Origin: Eledone cirrhosa
Lineage: Eukaryota
DNA: 64,000 nt
Assembly: GCA_964016885.1 (NCBI GenBank)
Contig: OZ024741.1
Coordinates: 44,640,001 to 44,704,000, forward strand
Direction of reading: 5' to 3'
Shown here: positions 14,112-28,134 of the stretch, in pieces
Layout of the letters: every line of letters starts with the position of its first letter
Position numbering within the stretch: position 1 is the stretch's first letter
Notes under the pieces: model-generated
Databases searched by the model: none
What the model saw: only the letters and a program-made list of their open reading frames with translations
What the model was told of the DNA's origin: nothing
Made by a program: the position numbers and the translations under genes

Positions 14112-16580
14112 TTCTTCTGGTTTTATAATTTCACAAATTTTTCCCCAATAGAGAGAGTCGGCTTCTAACATAGACACAAGACCCTCTCATTGGAATTTAC
14201 ACAACATCAACAGGTAGATTATGTATGGGTCTTATTGTAGGTGTGGATGTGTATGCTTTGAGTTGTATGTGTGCATGTGTATATGCTTTGTATCTGTACA
14301 TGTGTATATGCAGTTATTAGATGCAAAATCTTTGGAATGTTTTACATATTATTACTGTTCCATTAATGGATTGTACTTGTACTTTCCTAACTAGCTGTGT
14401 TCTTTCTGTTCCTGTGAAGCCTAGCCTCTCAAGATTTGTATTGAGGCAGTTACTAACATACCGCAGTTCCCCAATAATCACAACATAAATCTGAAGATGT
14501 AATCAGGACGGAGTATCTGCAGATTTCTCATCAATTCTGCATAAATATTCTCCTTTTCGCTAATCTTTGATATTATATTGGCATCTGCTGGGCAGCTAAT
14601 TTCCACTACTGTGCATGCTTTCTTCTCCCTGTCCCATATACTATCTGGTCTGTTATGCCTGCATTTTATTGGGGTTTTTACTGTAACATTCCACCAGTAA
14701 TCTTTCATATTATGTACATGGATGTCTTCCACATTGCTGTAGCTTTTAATGAGTTTATTATCGGGGCTATCTTTTTTACGAACTGCATTGTACAGTGATT
14801 TGGCCACATCATCATGCCTCATACGTAGATAGTACCGCGATGACATATTCGGACAGCTGCTAATGACATGGGTGATATCCTCGATGTTTGTTCTGCAGAG
14901 TCTGCACTTGTTATCACATCTAGGTGTTTTGCCTGCATCCCTATCTCTTTTGTGAATCAGGTATTTCATGTTAATCTCCTGTTCTTGGATTGCAAAAGCG
15001 TATCCTTCAAAGTGGGAGCCAATATAGTGGTTGTTGGTCCAAGCTAGACTACTTTCCTTATCTATATTACTCTCACTCTGGAGCTTCCTGGCAACATATC
15101 CTGGCATGATTTTTTGCTGATAAGCATGCAGTTTTTCATCCATGGATTCACTGCGATACTACTGAGCGACTTTCCTGGGTGTGAGTTTTGATTATCACAC
15201 AGGGAATATCTCTCGAGGAGTTCCTTCCCAACTCTCATGATCTTATCTGTTTCATGCAGATAGACTTGCTCGAGAGACGGGCTCCTACGCTTCGAGGTTC
15301 GTAGATGTTGTCGGAGAGATATGATGCGACATTCAAATGCTGTCTGAACTGATGTTAGGCCTCTGCCTCCCTGCTTACGTTTCAAGTAAAGGCGGTTTAT
15401 GTCACTGTTGATGTGGATCTTTCCGGTGTTGTTTAGTATTTTTCGAGTTCCAATATCAACTGCTCGGATTTCGTCTAACGTCCAATTGAGTATTCCAAAC
15501 GTTGGTGTTAGGACAGGCACATCAAACACATTGTGAGCCACTGTTTTGTTTAGCGCAGAGAGTTCCGATGACCAAATCTTTCTTAATCGGGTGTAGTATA
15601 CCCTGGTTACGCGTTCCTTATTACAGATACCATTATAGGATATGTTCTCATCTATCCCCAGGTATCTGTAGCAGTCCTCATCAGATATCGGTGAAACAGT
15701 TAGGCCATTGATGACAATGTTGCTAGATTGGGTTGTTGTTTTTCCACGCTTTACAGTCATGTATGAGCATTTATCTTGGCCAAACTCCATTCCTATATCC
15801 TTTGAGAATGTTGTAACCAGGTCAAGATTTTTTCTTTATCCCATCCGTGTTCTTGGCATAGAGTTTCAGATCGTCCACAAAGAAATTATGGGTTAGGTTC
15901 GTATTTCTGTCCTCCTGTGAGCCAATGATGTATCCCTAACATTTCTTGAGCAGAAAGGACAATAGACTTAATGACAAGATGAATAATATCACAGAGAATC
16001 TTTCCCCCTGAAATATACCCCTGCGATATTTTATTTTATCAGTGAAAATAGAGCCCCCCCCCCCCCTCTGTCTTTAACCTTAGGATAGTAACCCAAGAAG
16101 AAGACAGCCTCTCTATGGCTTTGACAATAATGTCTGGGACTTTAACAAGGGCCTCTATCATCCAAGAGTGGGGAACAGAATCGAAAGCTTTCCTGAAGTC
16201 CAGCCAGACTGTAGCCATATTCCTCCTAATTTGTCGCACCTCCGACATCGCAGTTTTGTTGATTAGGATTTGTTCAGCACTTCCCCAATCCCTTTTCTTT
16301 CCAGCTGATTGTTCATCTCTGTTGATGTTATTATTTTCACAGTGATCTTGGAGGAATAGGTTCAGGCAGGCTGTATACATCTTATAGATCAGGTTCTGGC
16401 ATGCAATGTGTCGGTAGTTTTTTGCCAAGTGAGTGTCTTTGTTCTTGGGGACCAGTAATGTTTGTGCTAATGTCAACCATTCTGGTATAAGTGTATCTCC
16501 CTTAAGAACTTGTTGGTAGAGGTCAGTAAGATACCTCCGATAGAATATCAGTTTTTTGTACCAGTATGTATGTATCAAAC
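14112..16580 (-). mobile_element. 5'-truncated R4/Dong-like non-LTR retrotransposon (RT + CCHC + REL endonuclease), decayed
   Basis: NYRHIAC, WLDFRKAFDSVPH, GIFQG, FFVDDLK, MEFGQDKC, YRYLG, GGRGL, CRLC..EDITHVISSCP..RHD, RPD, VEISCP, KENIY across frameshifted ORFs. Confidence 0.92.
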
Positions 16581-17137
16581 TGCATAATGCGGTGATTTGG
16601 GCACAATTTGTATTTTGCTGGCTGCTTGAGTATTTTATATAAAATATAAAAAAACATATTGACTCACTCTAAAACGTTTCATGAACAGAAATACATTCAT
16701 AGAAATACGTCAGCTAAATTATGTGTGGCATATCTTCAATATGCAACTATTATAGATGAAACGAAATAAAGAAATCATATTTTACGACTGAAAGTTATTT
16801 TGAATTGGCAACCTGCAGCTCTTACATATTTTCAATGGTATTCAGAAGGCTATATTGAGAATGTGATTATCGTCATTGTTTCTATTCCCGACACAATTTA
16901 ACAATGCCATGTAATGTCAAATTTAATTAGATGATTAAATACCTTACTCAAAGCTACATTTATACGGAATGGCGAAAACACCTGCTGATATTATTTAATG
17001 ATAATTACGTTGGTAGTGGCAGTGAGATGTGTGGGCGGCAGTGGGGGCGTATAATACAAACTGCGCAGAACTTACATTATATTTGCATTTTATCCGCAGT
17101 TTCTTTAAATTAAATTTCATCTACATATAGGGCTGTA

Positions 17138-17208
<71 letters not shown>

Positions 17209-17332
17209 GGTGTTGGATGCTTAAAGCGTCCGTATGCGGTAGGCCGTATGACCACTCGATGCTCTCATAGAGTCGAGTATGATATCACAGAAAAAAAGAG
17301 AATCAGTGTTGCGACGAATGGAATTTATTGGG

Positions 17333-17424
17333 CGTATTACAATCGTTTCTCTGGCGACCAGCTCGAGGCACGATCGATGTGATGATCGGACCTGACTCTG
17401 AAAATCGCAAATTCCTCAGATACG
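17333..17424 (-). ncRNA. Hammerhead motif with long stem II
   Basis: cgtat-CTGAGGA-atttgcgatt...ggtcgccaga-GAAA-cgattg-TA-atacg on the minus strand. Confidence 0.65.
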
Positions 17425-17797
17425 TCTTGATTCTACGAAGCAGATTTTCCTATTTTTATATTCTCTTTTACTCTTTTACCTGTTTCAGCCATCCGGCTGA
17501 GGCCATGCTGGGGCATATATAAATACATACATATATATATATATATTTTTATATACATATAATATGTATATGTTTATATATATTTGTATATATATATAAA
17601 TACATATATATATATATTTATATATATATATGTATATAACATGTATATGTATATATATTTATATATGTGTGTGTGTCTGTACGGGGTGTGTGTGCGGGTG
17701 CGTGTGAGAGTCCCGGTTTCAATCCAAGGTAACCACAGTTAGTAAGATACTCAATACATTATTAGTAGCGTATAAACGTCACGTTTAATATAGAAAT

Positions 17798-17848
17798 AGA
17801 TTCTGCAGGACTAGAAGTATTTCATTCAAAAGAAATTATCAGGAAAGC
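17798..17848 (-). ncRNA. Degenerate family A hammerhead
   Basis: ttc-CTGATAA-tttcttttgaat-GAAA-tacttctagtcctg-CA-gaa; core and cleavage site mutated. Confidence 0.45.
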
Positions 17849-17868
17849 CCAGAAGAAGATTAAATATA

Positions 17869-18635
17869 CAGGGTGTCCATAAAGTATCTTTACAATTTAA
17901 GAAATTATTACTAAAGCAAATGAACAGACAAATATTTGAAAATTGTTGCAAAATGAGGAGTAGATATTGAGGTCTTTTTTAACTAATTTAATACTCCTCT
18001 ATATGGGCACCAATAGTTGTATGAAGCACATCACAACAGTACTCCATTTCTTGCCATGTTTGCTGTAGCATAGCCTCATCAATGGTGGCAATGGCATTAG
18101 TGATCTTTTGCTTTAGATCAGTAATGTCCCGTATCTTTGTTCGATATACGATATCTTTAACATAAAGAAGTCCAAGGGAGTGATATCTGGTGAACTAGGT
18201 GGCCAGGGAATTGGGCCATCCCTTTAAATCCACCAGTCTGGAAATGTTTGATTTAGGAACCCACGAACATGCAGTCTCCAAAGTGGTGGTGCATCATGCA
18301 GAAAAATGACGGTTGGTCATCTACTTATGGTGCCACATATTCAGTCAAAACGTCAAGGTAAAAATTTAGAATAATTGATGTATCGTTGAAGAAAAATGGA
18401 CAAATCATTCGATTGCACATAATCCCACACCACACGTTCACCACACTTCCCTATTCACATGGAGGTGTTCCAATCTCCAGGCTCTCACATTATATGTGTT
18501 CAGCCTTCCTCAAACATGAAAGGTTGTCTCATCACTAAAACAAACTCGGGTGACGAACGCTTTTCATCCTCAGAAATTCGTCCCTGCATGTTAACTGCAA
18601 ACTCTTTTCGTCTTGGTTTAACATTTGGCCTGAGT
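17869..18635 (-). mobile_element. Tc1/mariner DNA transposon remnant
   Basis: TA|CAGGGTGTCC terminus; minus strand reads HDAPPLW..FLNQTFPDWWI*RDGPIPWPPSSPDITPLDFF. Confidence 0.8.
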
Positions 18636-18642
18636 ATATATA

Positions 18643-18728
<86 letters not shown>

Positions 18729-19477
18729 AAAGTTCTATTTAAAGTTGTTGGGATACAACAAGTAAATATTTTTATAACTGATATAAAGCACTCGACAAAT
18801 TTTTGGAGTAGATATACGATATTAATAAATGGAAACTATATTTATAAAACCATATTTATTTCATTATACATATTTCAGGGATACCACAATAAATCATGGT
18901 ATGCCTTCATCAGACAAAATACAATATATAACAGTTTTACAAATAGGTTTGACGTACCCTTTTAAAATACAACCATTACTTTTGGAGGCTGTCTGGATAG
19001 TGATTTGTTTATATAATAAGTCATTGTGCTTAACACTATGACTTGACTGTCACCACAGCATATGAACTTGAAGATTGCGAAAGCATGAAAGTACTTGTTC
19101 AATTAACGCTTAACATTTAATATTCTACGTTACTATTTCATTCTAATACCATTATACATTTTAAAGGATTGTAAATAAAAAGAGTAAATCACACAAAGTT
19201 GGAATTACTTTTATTAATATAATCTTCTATACACAATCATACACATCCGTGTATATTTATATATATATTTTTTTAAACGATCGACTTTCGTCAAATCGGA
19301 CCGAGGAAACAATGTTTCCGTTGGTCTTTCCAGTTGCTAATACTATCTATCGGTCGCAACTCCAGGTATATATATATGGGGGGGGGGGGGTAGTGATAAA
19401 GCTGACATTAGAAAACGTTCTATACAGATCACGTTATCTAAGGAAAAAGAAAATAAGAAAACGCATCTGGTATATAT

Positions 19478-19622
19478 GAAAAAAGAGGGACCTTTATAAA
19501 ATGTACAAAAAATTGCTGTTTAGCGGAGCTTGTTTTTTCTTATGTTTTCAAAAACGTAAGAGAAAGCAAGCTTCCCTAATAAACAATTCTTTGTACATAT
19601 TATAAAGTTCCCTCTTTTATAT
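19478..19622. repeat. Imperfect fold-back inverted repeat
   Basis: aaaagagggacctttataaaatgtacaaa... pairs with ...tttgtacatattataaagttccctctttt. Confidence 0.8.
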
Positions 19623-20177
19623 ATCTTAACTATAATAAAGAAAGGAGTGTGGGACAGCGTCCAGGATATATTTATTTATCCCGTTTGTAAAATAAGTTGC
19701 ATTACTTTGAATAAATAATTGTTTCTACGTTAGGCACAAGGCCAGCAATTACCCAGTGTATTACTGTTGAATAAATAATGAATGAATATTACATAATTTA
19801 TCTACTAAATTTCGTAACTCTTGATTAAATATATTTTATTGCTTATTTAAAGATTCACTTCTTTAAAATGTTTAAATGTCAACACTTCCGGTTAGATCCG
19901 TCACTAATTTTTCTCCTAATGCGGTTTATATATAATATATATATTTTTTAATGTATCATGGATTACTTTACTGAGTGTAATGCAGACTTCGTTCAATTTC
20001 TGTGTATATTGTCAATTACAATTTTATTTGATGTATCATATCTCCATGCATATATATTTGCGTATAATATCAACAATATGCACACTACACATGCAAGCAG
20101 AAAAACCACCCGAAGGATTTTCAAATCATCATAAGTGACGTTTATTCACTCAGGACTGGTTGTTAACGGTGCTACTG

Positions 20178-20286
<109 letters not shown>

Positions 20287-20878
20287 CTCCATGCATATAT
20301 ATTTGCGTATAATATCAATATGCACACGACACATGCTAGCAGAAAAGCACTCGAATGGTGATTTTTCTGCTAGTATATATAATTCCAAATATGAGCACAC
20401 GCGGCGAGGAATGTCATAGACCGAAACAGAGACACATGCTGTTCAACAGCTAACTACTGGTGGTCACTAATTTCTGTGCTTTAAAGTAAGAGTTATTTAC
20501 TTCAGTACAAATGGGATTTCATCGCGAGAACATGCTGTAATATAGGACAGTGTGGTTTGTTTTGACACAAATACAAGGAATAAGTGTACATACAAGTTAA
20601 GGTGTTTCTAAGAGAACAAGAAGTACAATAAAATGTGATGAATTATGCAAAACAAATTATCCGAGGAAAGATAGGGCGAGACACAAAATAAAGAGATTAA
20701 AAGGAATAAAATCCCATTTTAATCTTGAGACGAATCTCCATAAGAAAATGGATAGTATCGTGGTTATCATTAGTAGCCAAATTAGATACAGGTACGAGTA
20801 GATGGCGTGAGATCGAGAGCCTGAAAAGGAGAGAACGAGATAAATGAGATTGAAGAAAATGGTTTAATATATGGAGAT

Positions 20879-20999
20879 AGAAGAAGAAGAAGAAGAAGAA
20901 GAAGAAGAAGAAGAAGAAGAAGAAGAAGAAGAAGAAGAAGAAGAAGAAGAAGAAGAAGAAGAAGAAGAAGAAGAAGAAGAAGAAGAAGAAGAAGAAGAA
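20879..20999. repeat. (AAG)n microsatellite
   Basis: Direct reading. Confidence 0.98.
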
Positions 21000-21564
21000 A
21001 GGGAAGGATAGAGTAGTTTATATTTAGATAGCAATCATAGAAGACATCCATTAACTAAAGCAATATTAAATATAATTCAAAATATGATCATACACGAAGA
21101 GGGTGAAGAACGGAAAAAACAACGACATATCACATTTCATCATCTAAGTACCGGACATTACTATGATCTTTATGCTATAAATTTAGAGACATTCCCTTCA
21201 GCACAGACGGTTATGAAGCTAGGAAAAACAAGACGAATATTATGTTATATAGGTTTATGTAACATGTTATGTAATACATTATCCTTTCGATTAAGGAAAA
21301 AGTGTCTTAGATTCCAGGGTCCTTCTAAATAAAAATTAAATGAGCGAGGAGATAGTGAGAGTGAGAGGGGTGTATATATGGAGTTATATGAGATATATGT
21401 GTCGATAGTGTATATTTATATTTTGATATGAGGGTTTTAAGCCGTGATCATGTCACAGCTATCTCAAAAGGCGTGTGACAAAACTATACACTAGAGTTTC
21501 AGGATTTTCAAATCATCATAAGTGACGTTTATTCACTCAGGACTGGTTGTTAACTGTACTACTG

Positions 21565-21707
<143 letters not shown>

Positions 21708-21899
21708 GACGCGCTCTATCATCCAATTTTCTAAAAAATATAAAGCATACACAAAACGCCAGCACCAGCAGTTTTCCAAGAGATTTCAACATGGATGGAC
21801 CTGTTATTTTTAGCTAAAGACCTTTTTCCAATTCCAACACGCCCGTCACCTCAATCTATCTTATTTCTCTTTCTTTCTTAAGATGAAGGACTAGCATCC

Positions 21900-21997
21900 C
21901 TCCTATTTCGTTGTATTGTTCATGCCACTTTTATTTTATTTATTTAGAAATAAATAAATTAAATAAAAATGGCGTGAACAATATAACACAATAGGAG
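21900..21997. repeat. Imperfect inverted repeat, followed by a partial hammerhead core
   Basis: ctcctatt..ttgtattgttcatgcca / tggcgtgaacaatataa..aataggag; then CTGATGA-t-gttgca gatg tgcaac-GAAA at 22018-22045 without a clear stem III. Confidence 0.6.
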
Positions 21998-22314
21998 CGA
22001 ACATGATAATAGTATCACTGATGATGTTGCAGATGTGCAACGAAAGAACTTTGTTGGACTATATATATATATTTATATCTGTATTTTTTACCGATGGTCA
22101 GTCAATGATAAACATTGACTGCCAAATAGATTAACATATGGAGGTATAAAAGATGCAGAAGCGAAAGCCAACCAAACATTGAATGTGCTCTGTTATTATT
22201 TCTGGCAATATTATTACAAGAATATACTCCCCAAGTATAACAATATTTGTTTCGACACACGATTTCATATCAAAAACTTGCAAACCAAATATATATATGT
22301 ATATATATATATAA

Positions 22315-22432
<118 letters not shown>

Positions 22433-22772
22433 TTGTATGTGTGTATGTCTGGGTGTGTATATGTGAACGTGTATCAATATGTTTACCTACGTTGCCTTAT
22501 ACACGTATATTAGAGGCTCCAATACACCATATATATATATATATATATATTTCGTTTCTGAATTTGTTTAGCAAGATTCTTTATCTGAAATCGTGTGTTG
22601 AAACCGATATTGTTATACTTTGGGAGGGTCATGTTGCCAATAAGAAACACACGCACCAGTTGCTTTCACTTCAATTTATTATATATTTATAAATTTATAA
22701 ATTTACAAATCTACAAACTTATAAATTTCTGGTTGGTTGGTTGGTTCCACAACCAGATAGTTGTTTATATAT

Positions 22773-22817
22773 AGTCATAGTCCTTTCGTCACACACTCTG
22801 TGACCTCTTCAGTGACC
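22773..22817 (-). ncRNA. Minimal type I hammerhead motif
   Basis: ggtca-CTGAAGA-g-gtcaca gagtg tgtgac-GAAA-ggac-TA-tgact. Confidence 0.75.
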
Positions 22818-22832
22818 CTCCCAAAGTATAAC

Positions 22833-22863
<31 letters not shown>

Positions 22864-22889
22864 GAGGTGAGTTGTATTGTAGCACAATA

Positions 22890-24475
22890 AAGCAATGCAA
22901 ATATCGGATAAGTAGCACTCAATAGTTTATTGGATTGGAGTATATATAAGAAGAATTGCCTTAATAGAACTAAATGTCCTCTTAATAATCACTGTCTTTA
23001 CAAGAATTTAGTATACGAATGTAGGGTGATAACTAGCACCAATTATTACACCTACTTTGGATCTACTTCTACTTCTTTAAGGCGAGATTATATAACCATT
23101 CTTCATCTTTTAAATACCCACTTAAAAGAACAAACACTGCTCTCTCAAAACACATCTAGTCCTTAAAAGACAAAAACATTAATTACAAAATTTCTTTGAG
23201 AAAAATTTGCAACGCTTCTCCCTATTTTAATGCTTCCCTATCCAGAACATGTAATTTATGCCTGGCGGAAAACTTTACCAATATCTCTAATTTTAATTCT
23301 ATATTAAATAGACGCACAGATTTATTTTCGCTTTGTATCCATAAATCGCTTAGGTCATTTCACAAAGTATATAGCTAATTCTTTCTCTATAATTAGGATT
23401 AAAATCTTTTTCTCACACAAATATATTTTTTTTACACATATGCCGCTTTTTGAAACAAATTTCAGAGCATTCTACAAAAGTTCATTCATACTATAACATT
23501 TTTGGTCCCCTAATTTTATATTTAATTTCTTTTAAGAATTTTTTGTAATTTTTTAACCTTTTAATTCACTATAGCAAATTTCTTCTTGGCGATACAAATT
23601 TTTTTCTTTTAAATAGTTCGTCTTTATATCATGTTTTCTGAACATTACTTTTTAGTAGCTTTATCTCCCAATTTTTTACTTCAAATCTATTAATATTAGC
23701 ATTAGGTAAATTTTGTAAACAAATTTTTGACGTAATGTTTTTTTCTTCCTCGTATTTTTTCGTTTTTCTCTCTTTCCATGCTTGTATAAACTTAAATAAT
23801 TACTTTTTATATTACAATCTATTGAAACAAACTAGGACCCTATATCGTCTTCTATGCTTATAAATCATCTAACTTTATTTTCATTCACCTTAACTTATTT
23901 CACTTTATTTTATCTTAATAATCATTTTTTTAATACATTTTTTTTAAACCCTAAATAAATAGTATACTTAATTTCTATATCTGTAATCATAAGCATCATC
24001 ATCCATAAACCTCATTAACTTTTAAATTTAAAATCTTATTAATTTATTTTATTTATTTATAAATTTTACAACCGTTTTTTTTCAGTCATCTCTCTGTGTG
24101 AGACAGCATTTCTCAGTTTAAATGTTTATCTCTCTCTCTTTTCTCTCCTCTCTCTTTCTCTTTCCTCTCTCTTTCTCTCTCCTTCCTCTTTCTTATAATC
24201 TTCCTCCGCTATCCTTTCCTTCTTTTTTCTTTTTCCTTTCTTCATCTTCCTTACCCTTCTCCCCTTCCTTTCCTTTTCCAATCTCCTATATCGTTTTAAA
24301 TTTATTTATCATATGTTGTTTAGACACTACCTTGCTCACAAGTGTCTCTTTTAAGATTCATATCATGTCTCCCTATTTTATCTGATGAGAACGCAAATAT
24401 CGTCCCTGGATGATATTTGTTTTTGAAATGCGCATAATATATGGAACTTTTTTAACCATCTTTTAATTTCTTCTT
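22890..24475 (+). mobile_element. 3' fragment of Hydra-like PLE (GIY-YIG + 3'UTR + pLTR)
   Basis: NCLNRTKCPLNNHCLYKNLVYECRV..YTYFGST and CNLCLAE..ILNRRTDLFSLCIH; T-rich UTR; hammerhead near the end. Confidence 0.8.
24378..24440 (+). ncRNA. Minimal type I hammerhead motif
   Basis: tat-CTGATGA-gaacgcaaatatcgtc cctg gatgatatttgttttt-GAAA-tgcgca-TA-ata; about 15-bp stem II, palindromic stem/loop III. Confidence 0.78.
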
Positions 24476-24488
24476 ATATATATATATA

Positions 24489-24580
<92 letters not shown>

Positions 24581-25018
24581 GTATATTCTGAACTATATAT
24601 CGATTAAATAAATACCAACCTGAAATAATAAGTACATCATGGCCCTGTCCAATCAAGAAAAGTATATAAAGGAACATGATAAATAGAAGGAAAGATGATA
24701 AAATATTAGAAAGAAACAATACATTCATAGTTAAAACAGTAAGTTATTCTAAAGAAATTATGCAGAATGATTTTCATATAAACATTATTCAAGCTTGAGT
24801 AAAGAAACCTATAGTTATTAAGGTATACTGAAGGAGAGATAAATATCAATTACACAGTCAGGTGATCAGCAAATTTAACACATTGAACAGAATGTATGTT
24901 CTGTTAGTTAGCCATTGTTAATATCATGGGATAAATCATTTTGTCTGCACTTATATAATTATATAATCGAACTTAAGACGATTATAAATGTGTTGGTAGT
25001 TCGAAAAGAGGATGTATG

Positions 25019-25110
25019 TTATGATGATGATGATGACGGCAATGATGATGATGGCGGCGGAGATGATGGTGATGGTGATGATGATGCCGATGAGGAGGAC
25101 GAGGTTGATG

Positions 25111-25190
<80 letters not shown>

Positions 25191-25605
25191 CGATGATGAT
25201 GAAGATGATGATGATGATGGTGGTGGTGATGATGGTGATGGTGATGTTGATGGTGATGATGATGGTGATGATGATGATGAAGATGATGATGATGTCGATG
25301 AAAATGACGATGACGATGAAGATGAGGATGTTGATGATGGTGGTGGTGGTGGTGGTGGTGGTGGTGGTGGTGGTGATAATGATGAATGTTATGATGATGA
25401 TGATGATGATGATTACAATTATGAAGATGATGATGGTGTTGGTGGTGGTTATGATGATAATAATGATGAATTTTATGATGATGATGAATTGTATGATGTT
25501 GGTGGTGGTAATGATGATGATGATAATGATGATGATGATGATGATGATATTGGTGGCGGTAAGAAGATTGTCAATGATTTTCATGATGAAGAACATGATG
25601 ATGAG
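25019..25605. repeat. Degenerate (GAT)n/(GGT)n low-complexity tract
   Basis: Direct reading; open in several frames on both strands. Confidence 0.95.
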
Positions 25606-25949
25606 AATGTTAATAGTGGTAAATGGTGGTTATGCATTTAACTGTCTTGAAGACCTCCACGGAACATAAATAGGCAAAGCATGTACTTAATATATGTTGA
25701 GTTTACTGTTTAAATATTTAACTAACATCTAAATATATAGAATGAATTGCCACAGATTTTACGTGCGTCACATCTATATTTGATATACTGAGGATTTTCA
25801 ATGTAGAAGGCTGATTCTATATAGAATGTCCTAAGTAAAACCTAAATACTTTACGCTAGGAAATTATGAATATTAATTTGTTTACAGAAGAACTAGTATA
25901 AACACCACATATATATCATATATCTGTATATATATATATACAGATATAT

Positions 25950-26220
25950 GATTTAGTCCAGAAATAGCTGTCGAAACGGGTTGAGCTCTGCCGTCGGGGT
26001 CATACTTTTTCCCATGTATATATATATATATAGGAAAAAGTAAGACCCGACGGCAGAGCTCAAGCCATTTCGACGGCTATTTCCAGAAATAGCCGTCGAA
26101 ACGGCTTGAGCTCTGCCGTCGGAGTCTTACTTTTTCCTATTTCCCACTCTACTAGCCTAAGTATTGAGTACTCTGGTGCGTTATGGTCCATCTGGTTCCT
26201 TACCACAATTCCTTTGTTAT
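25950..26220. mobile_element. Solo/fold-back pLTR fragments of the 2.6-9.9 kb Hydra-like family
   Basis: Three partial family B hammerheads; palindrome 26030-26140; tail matches 9790-9873. Confidence 0.85.
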
Positions 26221-26648
26221 ATATATAAATATATATATATACATTTGAAAATGAGAAACCTCAAGAGACAATCGGCCAGTGGTCAACAGTGAGACAATCC
26301 ACAAAGTGGGTGACAGGCAGATGAAAAATAGAAAAGATTGAAAAGGAGGACAAGGAGAAGTGTGTTTGAGCATAGAAGTCACTGGAAGAAGGAATTAATG
26401 AAAGGCGATGTTTCCGACATCTTTACACGCACATACATATCTTCCCTCTCATTAGCTCTCAAACCACCAAAATGGTTTCGCACGATTTAATTGAGAGTAC
26501 CATTTTCAAATGCTGGATCGTACAACAAAAAATAAATCTCTTTGCTGGTATGATGTAAGTGTGATAAATCAAACAGTACAGATAGAAGTACGACAGAAAA
26601 AAAAGAAGTAACAATTTTGCCGGTTCAAAAAATACATCATCAGGAAAG

Positions 26649-26692
26649 TCCTGATGATTTTATTTGAGTGAAACAGTTCTAGTCCTGTAGAG
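26649..26692 (+). ncRNA. Family A hammerhead with shortened stem I
   Basis: tc-CTGATGA-ttttatttgagt-GAAA-cag ttctagtc ctg-TA-ga; upstream is an inverted copy of the core. Confidence 0.6.
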
Positions 26693-26797
26693 GCCATTTC
26701 TATATAACATTTGATGTTTACCCTCTACTAATGTTTTGAGTACCTTACTTAATGTTGTTACCTCGATTGAATCCGGGACTCTCTCTCTCTCTCTCTC

Positions 26798-26882
<85 letters not shown>

Positions 26883-27279
26883 CATACCTAGCTCCTCTGT
26901 TATTATGACCCCCAGGCTTAAACCCCAATGGCTTTTTATAACTTAATCTATTTTCTCTTCCGTTACTCACTTAGATGTGCCATTGTCTGTGTTACCCCTT
27001 CTATTGGTATGTTAACTTCGTTTTATTTTTCCTTTTTTTTCTTCACTTTTATTTCTCTCTTTCTCTCTCTTGGCTATCACTTCTTTCCTTCATGACTTTT
27101 TGATAGATAAAAGGCTGTGGGCGCGCTATGGATAGATGATCTGTATATAATGCGCCGAAACAACCACGATCCGAAGTAAACAGCTGACGAAGGAAAACTT
27201 TCCATCTCTTGTTTGTGTCGCCTTATCTTCTGACACTCGTTATCAGTAACCATACAGCCTCGCCTTCCTCAATCCATAT

Positions 27280-27390
<111 letters not shown>

Positions 27391-28083
27391 CATGTAACCA
27401 TTTCTTCTCGTTGTTTTGGTATCGTTATACATTTCAACACAAAATATTCAGCGCAATATGATAATATACTATTCAAGTATATAAGTAAAACTTCATAATA
27501 CATGAAGGATTCTATATAATCTTCTGTTGTTCCTAAGCCCTGCTTTAGAATTGTTACACGTGTGACTAAACACTCCTTTATCTCATTAAAAATTTGCAGA
27601 CGATATTATAAATGTCACATAGGTTTTTATACGACAAAAATAGACAAACATAATAACATTTTCATGGGGTTTGACCAAAAACCACCTGAATTTGTGTTTG
27701 TACTGCAGTATTCTCGGTGATTTTGCTCTGAGTTAGTTTCTTCAACATTGGGTAAGGAGTTATTGGAGGAAAAATCATTGAAGCAGGTGGTCAAGCTGCG
27801 ATGAATATGCGAAGTGAGGCGATGTCTAATTATATCCAAACAACCTTCAACAGTTTTCAAAATACGTCAGAGCCAGTGAGCCAATATCATACTTATTCAA
27901 CCATTTCTATTCTCTGTTATTAAATCGCACAAATTAAAATCAAGGCAGCAAATCTTTGCAAATTAAAACCAAGCAGCAAATCGTCACAAATTCCTTATTT
28001 CCCAATAATCACAAAGCAGACGCAAACTTCTTTATATCTTTCCATATATATATATATATATATATATAGTTTTAATATAGAAG

Positions 28084-28134
28084 AGATTCTACAGGACTAG
28101 AACTGTTTCATTATTTAGAAATCATCAGGAATCT
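28084..28134 (-). ncRNA. Type I hammerhead motif (family A)
   Basis: agattc-CTGATGA-tttctaaataat-GAAA-cag ttctagtc ctg-TA-gaatct. Confidence 0.8.

Noticed and set aside
24915-25669. Poly-Asp/Met/His/Ile ORFs
   Set aside because: Products of a GAT/GGT repeat, open in many frames, with no unique coding context.
26460-26515. TTGAAAA...GAAA motif on the minus strand
   Set aside because: The cleavage position is G and stem I does not form.
27100-27210. Hammerhead at CTGACGA (27184)
   Set aside because: No correctly placed GAAA or stem III after stem II.
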